A stretch of DNA of 64,000 nt from Camelus ferus (Eukaryota), in the NCBI RefSeq assembly GCF_009834535.1, contig NC_045696.1:31188001-31252000 (forward strand). The letters run 5' to 3'. Within the stretch, counting starts at the first letter, position 1. The number at the start of each line of letters is the position of its first letter. This document shows, one piece after another, positions 1-12,225 of this stretch. Under the pieces are notes generated by a model. The model ran no database searches and had not been told where the DNA came from. It saw nothing but the letters and a program-made list of their open reading frames with translations. Made by a program: the position numbers and the translations under genes.

Positions 1-329
1 TTCTTCAAATGCTTATTTGTATATTTGAATCACTGTCTCTCATGAAAATGTCTCATAAGCCACTATAAAACATCATTCTATAAAATATTTTAAAATGAAA
101 CAAAGTGATTAAAATAATAAAACTATATAAAATCGGGCCATGGATGATTGCTCAGGCTAAAAGAGGAGTTGTGGATCATTTCAAGCACCATGACCAAGAT
201 AAAGATTAGGGAGTAAAAATGCAGCACCAAGATCTTCCACATAGCTGAGAAAATGATGACTACCTAAAGCGATCTGTACCCATATAAACTCTAAAAACAA
301 TAGAGAAAAATAAGAAAAAAACCCAATAA

Positions 330-1000
330 AATCATATAAAATATATGTCAACTATCTGCTTTATACAAGATATACACTTAAAGTGATTAAGAGAAGGCTA
401 AGAATAAAGAGACTGCCAAAGATACAATAGGAGGATTGAAACAATAAAGATGCAGGGTTAGTTATCTTGTACCAGACAAAGTGTAATTCAAATGGAAATA
501 GCTTTACTCATGCAAAGGACACTTCTTTTAAGGCTAAAAGTGACAATTCACAATTTAGATAAATATCCTTTCACCAAGTGACAAAGTATCCACCTCTGCT
601 AGGCAAAAGGAAATTCAAGGACTTGCACTACAAGACTGCTTAAGTAGACAAAATATAAACAAAATATAGAAGATATACACAACATAAATAATGTAAAGTC
701 TTATGAATATATATACAATATTTAAGTTTTATAACAGAGAATTCATCTTAAAAATGGAAATCTAATCACCATGGGAAAGATAAACTTTTAAATATCAGTG
801 CTGGGACAACCAGACAATGTTTGGACAAATAAAAAATAATTATCAGAACCATGTATCTCACCATAGGTAAGAATACATTCCAATGCATCAGGTGTCTAAT
901 GTAGAAAATGAAATACTAAATGTAATAAATAAAGAAAAAATCCAATGAGTTCTTATATAGTCTTAGTCTAATACTCAAAACATATTATAACTCACTGAAT
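330..1000 (+). mobile_element. Old, highly degraded L1 ORF2 fragments
   Basis: GCAGGGTTAGTTATCTTGTACCAGACAAAGTG resembles the L1 endonuclease region; ATGGGAAAGATAAACTTTTAAATATCAGTGCTGGGACAAC resembles distal ORF2. No open frame; boundaries approximate. Confidence 0.65.
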
Positions 1001-1079
1001 AAAATAAGAATAAATTCAATCATATCACTATGAATAAAAATAGCTGATAAATAGATGAATAGGTAGAAGACAAGAAAAG

Positions 1080-1950
1080 ACTTTGACTCATGACTAATTT
1101 CCAAGTAACAATAGTAAAAGAAAGATGGAATTACTAAATCACCATTTGACAACTATCACAATAATTTTTCAGACAATATCATTAATGAATAGTCATAAAT
1201 ATTTCAGGCATTAATCATTCACATTGTTGGCAAAAGAATGATAAACATGAGAATATACTGTCACAAATTATCTCCCAAGAACATACTTAGAAAAATACGA
1301 TGGAGAAATCTAGCAGAAATCTACCTAACCCAAGTCATAAAGGTTAACATCATCAGTAATGGGGCACATCTTCATCACATTTTTTTTTAATCAATCATTG
1401 GAAGCTAAACAGCTAGTTTATGGAATTCCTGCCAGAAAAGCATAAGCTGAAATACAAAATCATGATGAATTACAAGACAAATACACATTATGGCACATTC
1501 TATACAATAATTATCTTTTCCTTTTTGAAATACCAAGGTCCTAAAAGACAAAGAAAAAACAAGAAATATTTCCAAATTAGGTAGCTTAAAAATACACAAT
1601 AACTAATACAGTCATGAAATCCATGACTGAGTTCTAGTAAATTAGTTACATTGGGACAATTGATGAAATTATCAATAGATTACATAATTATATTGTACTA
1701 ATATAAATTTTCTGATTTGATAATTACATTGTGACTGTATAAGGCATGCATAACTTACTCATATCTGGAGAGATGGAGAAAGAGAGACAAAGAGAGAAAC
1801 AGAAGATTACAGGAAATGTTATAAAAATGCTAACATGTGAAATGTAGGTAAAGGTCATTTTTTTGGTAACTTTTTTTATAACCCATTTTCATATCCTTTT
1901 TTTAACTGTTCTGTAAATAATGTACTTCAAAATAAAAATTTTAAAAGCTC
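1080..1950 (+). mobile_element. Old L1 3' end (L1MC/L1MD-like)
   Basis: GGAGAAATCTAGCAGAAATCTACCTAACCCAAGTCATAAAGGTTAACATCATCAGTAATGGG resembles recalled L1MC4-type 3' UTR; A-rich end near 1930. Confidence 0.65.
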
Positions 1951-2384
1951 ATTGCAATATTTTTTCACTCATCTGTTTCTATTCATTTTTTTGAAGCAGA
2001 GGGTAATTGAGATAAGAGATTAAAGTTTGAGAACAAAGGCATGCAAAATTAATACAACATTTAAAGCCCAAAATGAGTTTTAAAAATAAAGCATTAAGAA
2101 AAATGGGAATTGAATTATTGGAAAATATTATGTAAAGAAAATTGAAATAGAATGGTCACAGAGGTTTTGGAGGTTAAGAAAGTGAGATTTTCATCCATAT
2201 TATTTTCAAAGTTGTAAACCAATGTTACTGCGAGAGCTGCAACGTAAACACAGGCAAACTCTAACTCCACATTTTTTGCTTTTCCCTTACTTGATTATAC
2301 AAAAAAGATACCAAAGTGATTCATATATTCATGCAAGAAACTCTTAAACTAGAATTGATGTCCATATTGTTGCAGAAAGTGTAC

Positions 2385-2455
2385 AAATTTGGGAGCCAGA
2401 CGGATCTGCGTTTGAACCTTACTCTTCCAATTTCCAGCTCTTTGACAAATGTTAG
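2385..2455 (+). mobile_element. MIR fragment
   Basis: GGGAGCCAGACGGATCTGCGTTTGAACCTTACTCTTCCA resembles the MIR head GGAGCCAGACTGCCTGGGTTCGAATCC. Confidence 0.5.
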
Positions 2456-2629
2456 TTCTCTTTTTATAGAAAAGAAAACTGGCTAATTTTGTTGCACTCT
2501 GTGAATTTTAAGATGAGCTTCAAAGGACACAGAAGGAGTTTAAATCTGTAGTTTTTAAAACGTTAGCTAGTTTCATTCAGCTAGCTAAGTCTTTGCCAGA
2601 GCATGATCTGTGTTTATCTGCATAAAAAG

Positions 2630-2745
2630 TTCCCCCTAGAAATTCTGCTTCAGTGGATGTGGAGGTGGTCCAAGAATCTGCATGTCTAACAAGCACCCCC
2701 AGATGATTCAGATGTACATTATATTTTATGAATCACTGCTTTAGA
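2630..2745. mobile_element. MER5A-like hAT-Charlie MITE fragment
   Basis: AGAATCTGCATGTCTAACAAGCACCCCCAGATGATTCAGATG...GAATCACTGCT matches the recalled MER5A core. Confidence 0.75.
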
Positions 2746-3491
2746 TGGAGAAGCCCCAAGTTACTGCATTAAGGCTAAGCTTGCTCTGAAATATTAATGT
2801 TCTATGAATCCTTTCTGAAAAGTCAGTTTACACATATTTGCCTAAGTAGAAAAATTCAGAAAGAACACATTCTTAGATGATTTCTTCTCAACAGCAAGAA
2901 TGTTCAAGTTAGGAGAAAGTAAGAGCTAAATTTTTGAAAAGATATCAGTTACTAAAACAAAAATGAATGCCACAGTGGTTGCCACTTGTATTTTAAATCA
3001 CAACAATGAGATTGAAAATAATCACAGATGAATTTAGAAATGGAAAGTAACCTGAGTTGGCCAATATTTGAGAGAAAAATAAGGGACTAGAGAAAATGAG
3101 TCATATTAATCAAGGTACTTAGAGATACTTAAATTACCTAAGGGATTATTTTCAAAAATAGCTGTGGTTTTGAAAGCAGAGAATTTAATTGATTGTGTGG
3201 TATTGTAAAGGGGATGGATAGATAGACAGATTTGTCCTTATATAACAAATACATTTGGTGAGAAAACAAAATGAGATACTATATTTACCTCTCACAGGAA
3301 TAGTTTCAGATTTAACCACTGCTCCTATTATCATCTAACCAAGAATTATTAAGAGATTAAGTCTAAATTTAAGCATAAATGTATTCACCTTTCCCTCCTT
3401 ATGTTGGAAACAGCTACTATTGGTGAAATAACACTTACTTAGAAATTTTTAAAACTAGATAGAGCTCTACCAACTGACATGCAGATGCCAA

Positions 3492-3512
3492 ATATATATA
3501 TATATATATATA
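3492..3512. repeat. (TA)n microsatellite
   Basis: Direct reading. Confidence 0.95.
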
Positions 3513-3793
3513 GTATTAACAATAATACCCCAGAGAAAATGTCATACTTTCTCAGTTCAGTTTTCCAACTAATGTAATATTCCTTCTTTGACAGTGCCTA
3601 AAATGACATTTTGTGGACAAGCATGGTAATACCCTCCATGACCACATCTTTGAAAACAATAGCAGTTTTTTAAGATGTGATGCTAGTAGTGACCTCTGAA
3701 CTCCATGAATTCCAATCTCCTTCTTTCTTAATCAACTATGTTCAGAGACACTAATGATACATATTTTGTCAGTACAGTTACATGTACAAATAA

Positions 3794-3862
3794 ATATATA
3801 TATATTTATATATATATATGTATATATATATGTATATATATATATACACACACACACACACA
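3794..3862. repeat. Compound (TA)n(CA)n microsatellite
   Basis: Direct reading; explains the YIYIY/HTHT ORF 3738..3923. Confidence 0.95.
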
Positions 3863-5667
3863 TATAGTTTACATATCTTATGGACCTACTTCAACTTTCC
3901 ATGAAAACTGTCCTAAAATATGAGGGCAGTTATTAAGCATGAAACAAAGAAAAGTTAAATTTTATTTCTTTGTTTTTAATTAAGAGGTCACCAATTTTAT
4001 TTCTGTGGGTTGGGTGAGTAGTAACCTTTCAGTTAAGCAGCCAAAACTACTTCATGAAAAGTAAAAATAGAATGTTTAATTTGTGATTGACTATTGATTA
4101 TTAGCATTTTCTTCGAAAAATTGATTATGTAATTATTAACTATTTCTTAATGATACAATTTTATTTTTGCTCTTAAATTACAGTGAGGGTGACCAAGAAA
4201 ATTTACTATAGCTATAATATAAAGATTTGGCTATAAAACATACAAAAATATATGTTTAAGAAATAAATTTTAAGCTTAAAAATATAAGGAAGAAACATTA
4301 TTTTTAACAGTAATTTGAAAGAATTAATATAGTAGTATTAATAGTTTAACTTGACATCTTAGGTTTAAGGCATTGTCACTATTTTTAAATTTTAAAAAGC
4401 TAAAATAAAATGGACTCTTATATCTGTTCAAATATGAACACAGAACTACATGTGTAAAATATAACTTTTAAAAACTGCTGCTTTAGGGACAGTAAAACCT
4501 GCTTTCACTGTTTCTGCATTGGTAAATAAATTGCCTTATTTCTCATTTTCTCCTACTTTGACTTTGTAGGGATGCCCTCATTACCATATTCAATTAATTA
4601 GTGCACAAAGGTAATATTCTAGTGCTCACAACTCATGGAGTTGCATTATTGACTCCAAATAAATAGAGCAGATTCTTAATGCAAGGTGAGCATTCAGAGA
4701 TCAGAGGGAACAAAGCAAAGAACTTTATACCTTCGTGAAAATACTAATACTAAAAATTCATTACCTGACCAAGAAGACCTCCGACAAGGACAAAGAAAAA
4801 AAAAAAAAAAAAAACACAGAAATAAAGGAGTACATTAAAATTAAATGTAAAAAAGAAAGTTGCATTAATTTTTATCTCACCTTGACCTGACCTGATTGAG
4901 TAGGATTAGAATAAAAGTATTTTTTTAGAAACTTGCCTTCTCACATTCTGAGAGAAACTACAAGCGTTATCTTGGCTTTGTAATTTTTGTATTCATTCCA
5001 TTTGTACACCAGCCGCAAAAAAAAAAAAAAAAAGCATTTCAATCCATGGTATTTTCTGTATATTCAGTTTTTTCTTAATTCCTTGCTGAGTTGATGCAGG
5101 AGGGCTTCACAGAGTGTTTCACATTGCTTTGTTGGGGAAAAAATGCAAATAGAAATGTGACTTAAGATTTTTGAATCTTATATTCTGTTCTGCCTTGCCA
5201 ATGGAGTCATTTCAGCATGTAACTTGGAAATAAAGTCCTTCCTAAAGACAAATTGTAAAGCAGTGCCTTATGTTTGATCTTTCAATATATCAAATTCCAT
5301 TACCTGCGACAGAGGGGACATAATCCCCACGACATCCACAGCAGTAGCGTGGTCAGCCACAGCCTCAGTTTCAGTCATGCCGATTTTTCTTTTTCCTCTT
5401 AGGATCAACTCCTCAGCACCTTTCCTACACTGCTACTCACCTGAATGAACCTCTTAATTTTGAGTAAAATAATCGCACTATGGCTTCAGGAAACACAGGG
5501 ACTTCGAAATGTCTCCTCACTGTATCCAGTTAGAGACTCTGGTTGCCTCGTGATACGTTCACTCTAAAATGGGAAGCTAACTGGGAAGATCATGCAAATA
5601 CCTCTCCTTCTAGGCTCTGCTGGGTTTTGTGCTCTCTCAACTTCCCTTGCCCCTCCTTTTCTGACTT

Positions 5668-6200
5668 TGAGATAGGAGGGAAGGAGGCAGGGCACAACTA
5701 TTAAAAGAATGACACAGCAATTGAGGACAGGACAGAAACTGGTTAAAACCTGACCAGGGCCAAGATGGTGAAAGGTTCCACTTCCACCAAGAAGGTGGAA
5801 GATTTAACTTCCAAAAGACCTTGAACTTCATTATACGCTCATTGTAATACATTAGTCTGCTAAATGGCACTCCCACAGGTGCCATGGCCCTTCCCAGGCT
5901 GACCTTAAAAGGTCAAAAGTGGGCGGCAACCCAATTCTTGGAAATCCCTGCCCCTTCCCTAACATAGTTGGAATAATCCTCTCACTCATTAGCACATGAA
6001 ATTACCTGGCCCATAAAAACTAACCATCCCTTCACTTTGGGGCTATTCACCCTTCTGAGTGAGATGGACCACATTCAGTCTATGGAGTGTGTATCTCCCT
6101 GAATAAGTCTACTTTCACTTTACTATGGTTCTCTCTTCAATTCTTTCCTGCAATAACTAGGAACCTATTCCATGGTAAAAACTCCAGGCACAATGTTGTT
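5668..6200 (+). mobile_element. ERV1-class solo LTR, MER41-like
   Basis: Starts TGAGATAGGAGG; contains CTCATTGTAATACATTAG, CACTCCCACAGGTGCCATG, TATA-like CATAAAAA and GAATAAGTCTACTTTCACTTTAC...AATTCTTTCCTG, all MER41-family-like blocks. 3' boundary and TSD not resolved. Confidence 0.75.
5935..5943. promoter_or_regulatory. GAS (STAT-binding) motif TTCTTGGAA within the LTR
   Basis: Exact TTC-N3-GAA match at the position where MER41B carries TTCCGGGAA. Function untested. Confidence 0.45.
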
Positions 6201-8380
6201 ACCAGCAGAGCTTTTTCTGCCTCCAAGTCCCTCACTTTCCCACAGGAATGCCCTCAAAGATTTTTTAAAGTCACCAAGAGTTTGATTTACTGGTAAAATG
6301 GTCCAGAAGGAAGCACTTAAGCTTCAAAGATTGAAGAAAAATGAGAAAATTACATGCAGGTTTTAGAGGGCATGAATACCTGTCTCTTCCTTAACACACT
6401 GCTTTATTTGCTACCTTATCCTCTCTGGGTTCAATTTTTCTCTTTGTTCATGTATTCTTCACGTCATTCCTTCCATTTCCCCTTTCTTTGACATTATGGT
6501 CCTTAATTTTCACAGATCATTTTGTTCTTGTTGATTTTAGGAAGTCTTTAAAATTAGTATTTTAATTAACTTTCTGTTAGTTATCAATTTTGAAAAAAAA
6601 GTTTGCCTTTTCAAATCAAATTACAATGAATTGACAAATCATTTCACTTGGCTCACATTTCAGATAACTTTATTAGGGGACAAATTCTCTTACCTGGACC
6701 AATTTCAGAGGATGTTCTTGCTCATCACAAAGCAAACCATCTGCCCTAGGACAACTCTGTTGAATTTCAATTAGCTACATCAAGTATTTAGAGCTTTATG
6801 TAAAATTTTAACATTATTTATGTTTTGACCCACATGTAGAAATTACATATCATTAAAAACATATGACATTGCTCCAATAGCTAGAATACAAATGTTTTGG
6901 TTCAAGTAGAGACTGGGTTTTTTTTTTTTTTTCTAGTTAGTTCTAATTATTTAAAGCAAAACTATAAAAATGATTTCATGGTTTTTAGATGATTACAACT
7001 TACTGTGAGATGAAACTAATATTTCCACATTTTATTAGATCCAGGACTTTGAAAAAACACTGACTTTCAGTTGATTTTTAAATGACTCAGTGGTTTTCTA
7101 ATGTAAATAGGGTAAGTTTGACTTTTTTAGTAATCATCTTAACACATGGGTAGGTTTGCTCATATAGATTTGACTGCAACAGAATTTTATGGCTATTAAT
7201 TCTATGGAACTTAATATGAAATAATTAAGAATATTTAGTAATGCAGAATGAAACACAATTCTTCTGAAGAATATTCTAAAAAACTTACGCAATTTTCAAT
7301 TTTTATTGAAAATATCACCATCATCTCCCAATTAGAGAAAACAGGTATATATCCAACTTGGAATATAACCAACATGGAAATAAAAATGCTGATACATGAT
7401 ATTGTAACACCTCTGAGAATTTTGCCTAAATTCACTGTGAATACTTCAAAACAAAACAAAATAAAACAAAAAGCCGAAACAGCATAAGAGACTATAAAGC
7501 TGGCATGGTTAAGACACAGATTTAGGTGTGATTCATTATTCAGTTACTGGAAACGTGCAGTACTTTCCTGAAATGTTCTTCTAAATATGTAATTTTGCAT
7601 GAAAACAGTTTATAGCCTAGAAAATAAGTTTCCCTATATTCAAATTAGGGTGAAATAAAGTAGATCAGGGTAGAAATATTAATCAGGGATGATTCTTGTC
7701 TAGACAGTTCAACACAGATAAAGCTGTGAGTTTTAAATAGACATTTAAATGTCAAAAACTGGCAATGCATATTTTAATTATTTAGTACTTAAAAATCTTA
7801 AAGGCATATAAGCCACCCCAGCCTGTAAGTATAAGAATGCCACCTTGTGTAGCAGTGAGAACATATTTCCAAGTACTTACTCCGCTGGACATGAGGGGAA
7901 ATAAGGTGGGAAGGTGGAAACTCTAACTGCTATTTTTTAATTTAAGATATTTGGAGAAAAGCTTAAAGAAATTTGTTAGTTTTCCTTTTTTCCCCCTGAA
8001 TATTGGCTTGTGAAAGTGACATTGTGTTGTACGCAAGAACAGATCTTGTTTAAGAAATGTTTCACTATTACGTTCCCTCAGGCTGAGCGATCTCTTTCCC
8101 TCTTGCCTTGAATGGCCTGCATAAATTGAGCTTTCTGGCATATGCATCCAACTGAAACAAATTAATAACTGCCTTCAACTGCACAGGAACATTGTTTTTG
8201 CACCATTCATTACTACATTAGTCCTTCAGTCATTTAGGACGTCCCTCCCACGAAAGGATTTGAAAAAAGTGGCCAAATGGTTATGCCAGAGCTTCAGTCC
8301 TTTGCCAAAGGCAGTAGGTTTTACTTTAGAAAACTGTCAACTGTTGCAAAAACTTCAATAGTATGATTTCGGCTGGAAAA

Positions 8381-8388
8381 CACACACA

Positions 8389-8432
<44 letters not shown>
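8381..8432. repeat. (CA)n microsatellite with one interruption
   Basis: Direct reading. Confidence 0.95.
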
Positions 8433-8434
<2 letters not shown>

Positions 8435-9621
8435 GCATTCAGACAGGCTTATTCTTTAATGATAGAATTATCTGGTTGAAAGTTCTAATAGGCCATTCTT
8501 TTATGATCCAAGTATCATCTCCTTTCTCAGTATGCTCATTCTACACACAAAGACCATTTTTCAATTACTTCAATCCTATTTAAGTCTCCCTTTCATTTAA
8601 AAAAAGAAAGAATATGAAGTTCCTGTTCTTTCTGGCAAAGAACAAAAAACTGTATTTCTTCATCTTACTTACAAGTCTAATATGAGGTGTTTGAACAAAA
8701 TTGTTACTGAAACCACTGGGGAATGGAAAAAAAAATTATCTTCAAATCAACAGATCATTTATAAAAGAATACAAAAGCATGTGTCAGCTAGGTTAAACAA
8801 AAATCTGTCTGAAAAATTCATCATTTTCTTCCTACATCGATCAAAGTCATAAGTGGTGTTATAACCAGGACCAGCCTTAGAAAAGAACCACGAAAGAGGT
8901 GAGAGTCAATATAAGAGATCCGAAAATTTCAATGCCATCTTCTTTCTGGTGCCTGTTTCTATGCCACTTTCTCTCTGTTTCTCTTTCTTGTTCTTTTCTT
9001 TTAAAGGAAACAAATCCTTCAACTTGACTGAAGCCTTGTGTGTGGTTGGGAGGTTTCTTGATTCCTACTCCTGGGTTGTCTTTAATATGATCATAACTCA
9101 ATGTGATCACGTTAGTTGAATTGAACCAAGATTTTTCTAGGGGGTTATAGTTAGACCTCAAGTGACTTAAATGTTACGAATTTCAAACAAGGCAAAATAA
9201 GGATGTGTACTTATATCAACCTTTGCTTCATGTCCTGCCTCTGTTTTCCTAACTGTTCACAGCTGGGTGCAAAGAAGGACCAGGGAACTCCCAGTCAGTG
9301 TGGAGCAACTTCAGTTAAGGCAGTAAAAGCTTAAGCATTTCCTCCCTCTCTCCCCTATTCATTTAAAGCGTCTTTCGGTTTGTAAAAAATCTAGGACACC
9401 ATGTAGATAATTTTCCTTACAGGGAAATCCAGAAATATTCACTTACAGTGTGAGTTCATCAAAGATAAAATATATTTTCACGGTTGCACGTTAACTTATA
9501 ATGTTGTACAACTCCTGCATGTCTCTGGATATTTTGGATGGATTGCAAAGACCATATAAAAATGAATATGAAGTAGTATTAATAATGAGAGTATAGGGAT
9601 ATTCATATCTATCTACAACTG

Positions 9622-9643
9622 CACACACACACACACACACACA
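9622..9643. repeat. (CA)n microsatellite
   Basis: Direct reading. Confidence 0.95.
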
Positions 9644-10504
9644 AAAGCTAAAAAATAAAAGTGTCCCTTAAGATACCAGAGAAATATAAAATACCGAACA
9701 AATACTTCAAGCCCTATTTTATTCTTTGACTCTGGGTCAATGATTTCTTTGCTATGCATGTAGTTCTTCATTACCTAGCTTAATTAACTGAGGACTCCAA
9801 AAGTTAATTAACTTAAATTTTTATCTTATCTCATCTATGGATCAGTTATTCATAAGATAAGGATACAGCATGGTATGGAATTTTTCATAGCATAATTTTT
9901 ATTCCTAATTCTCATTAATGGATATAAAACAGGAAACTAATGTGACTTGCTTTATTATACCTAGTGTCATGTTATTAGACATAAAGCAACACTTTTTATT
10001 AAGTATCAGATGTAGGAAATCAACTATTTCACTAGTTGAAATCACTAGTGTCCGTTGTATATTATCTTAGTGATTGTATTATTAATTAGTTGTATTTTTA
10101 GTAATTTATATGTTTGGGAATTATTCAAAGTGTCATTTATCATAAAAGCAGAGTTTTAAATGTATATGTTTATGTTTAATTTTGAAACTAATTTGGTAAA
10201 ATGATTAACAATATGTGAAAAATAATTGTCTCAGAAAAGGTTATATGAGAGAAAAAAATTATAAGTAAACAATCATAGCACCAAATTCATTAATGCTAGT
10301 AGAATTAATCTCTCCTCTAGTATTGACATGAGAACAAAAACGTCAACTATTGACTTATTTTCAAAAAATTAATTTTGCCTATAAATTAATCACATCTAAG
10401 ATGATCTTAGAGGGAGTAAAATTTCCCCAAATACAGAAGTCTTAGTATAATTTTGAGTCTAAACACAAAGGGACATCAGAGGCATCCAAATACAAGAGCT
10501 CGAG

Positions 10505-10680
10505 CAAAGGCTCTGGACACAAACAGATGTAGGTTTAAATGTTGGGTCAACTATCTTCTACAAGTATAAAAATTCAACAAGATATTTAATCTTTTGGCCT
10601 ATGGTTCCCAGCTGTAAAATGGCAACCATTTTGATGATGTCATATGTGCACAATGCTTAACATATGGTAGATTTTCTTTT
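10505..10680 (+). mobile_element. MIR (degraded)
   Basis: GGCTCTGGACACAAACAGATGTAGGTTTAAAT...CAAGATATTTAATCTTTTGGCCTATGGTTCCCAGCTGTAAAATGG follows MIR layout. Confidence 0.6.
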
Positions 10681-11496
10681 AGTATCAGTTTAGCATTATA
10701 TTTTTTTTTCAGTGATGTATTGAAACAGGTCATCATCAGCTCTCTATGAACCAAATACAGTAGGATCCTCACTCAAGACTTCAGCTTATCCATGACAATA
10801 ACAGAAACAACAACTTATACAAACATAGGCACAATTTGTTCTTAAGCACTTGCTAAGAACTCTGGTAAATATTTTTAGTTGTGTTCTGCAAATTCGGCAA
10901 AATCTGTTAATATTTTGAACTTAATTAAAAATGGTTTTCAAAAAACACAGTCATGCAGGTGTGAAGTGACAAACAGAATTCACGTCTGCTTTCCTCTGAT
11001 GTCAAGCCTATGTCTGATGAAATATTAAATTTGATCACATTGTTTTAATATAATACATATGATGCAATTTTTTAAAAAATTAAACAAAATGCAGTTATGG
11101 TTTTAAATGAAACACTGAATATAATTACATTCTTTCAAATAAAAAAAGGAAGTATAAATTATGAAGTGAGAAGTAACTTTAGTTCATGGAGAGCTGGTGA
11201 CAGAACTCAGGTCTCCCCCATTAAACTGCAAGCTTCATTTTGCTGTCTTTAATTTAGGAAGGAATTCTGTCAAAACTGGCCAAGCTGTTCTAACAGACTT
11301 GACACCATTTTGACAAACAAAGCACGGCACACCCAGAGGCATTAGGGAGCAAGACTTCCCAAAGATCATGTGTACTTTGGCCATCTGTGTATTTTAAATT
11401 TTTGAGAACATTAAATCTCACAAAATTGGATATTCTGCCTAGACTTTTATGTGTTTGCATTTCTTTGATAGAGTTGAATATTATTTTATAAAACTG

Positions 11497-11685
11497 ATAT
11501 ATCCCTAAAATATTTTTGTAAAATCAATCTTAGAATATAGAACCTTATTTTCCCACCAGTTGTATTGTCTCACTTGAGATGTGTTTCACTTCATATATAT
11601 CTAAAATATTTTTGCAAAACCAATTTCCAAATATAAGATCTTATTTCCCCACTATTTTTCTATCACTCGGTATGTTCTTCTCTGA
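11497..11685. repeat. Diverged two-copy tandem duplication, period about 96 bp
   Basis: CTAAAATATTTTTG at 11505 and 11601, followed by collinear AATATA..CTTATTT.CCCAC and TCACT blocks. Confidence 0.85.
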
Positions 11686-12104
11686 AAAACTAGTTAGAAC
11701 TTTATTTTTTAAAAATATTAAAAACTTCTATTTAAGAATCTAGGTTTTGAATATATTTTGAATGTCAAAATAATAATAATGCTTAAAAGAATTTCAAATA
11801 GAAATGTAAATAAAGGGGAAGAATTTTGACTTTTGTACCAGTGGTAATATAATATTCTAAAGAAATAGCAACAATTATGATATAATTGAAAATAAATGCA
11901 GTGGCCTCAAATTTGCATATATTAAAATCTTTTCTTCAACAAGATTTAATAGCAAATAATATACTAAATCTAATATCAATAAACACTGAATGGGCTCTAG
12001 TCACTTTTAAATTAATTACCTCTTTTAATCTCTATAATAGGATTTAAGGTACTTGACTCAATATTTTTTTTAACAAAAATGCATTTTAAAATAATTGTAC
12101 CAAA

Positions 12105-12225
12105 CCTGATCATCAGAAAGGTTAACTTGTTAATTTGTCCAGGGTTACACTGTTGATACATTGTGAAATCACCTCAAACCTGATCTACTTGAACCCAAAA
12201 CTCATGACCTTTACCATTTGGCTCT
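12105..12225 (-). mobile_element. MIR fragment
   Basis: CAGAAAGGTTAAC...TAATTTGTCCAGGGTTACAC resembles the reverse MIR core. Confidence 0.5.

Noticed and set aside
5305..5375. Signal-peptide-like frame LKLRLWLTTLLLWMSWGLCPLCR on the minus strand
   Set aside because: Preceded immediately by TGA with no initiating ATG; GAAACTGAGGCT may be a MIR remnant.
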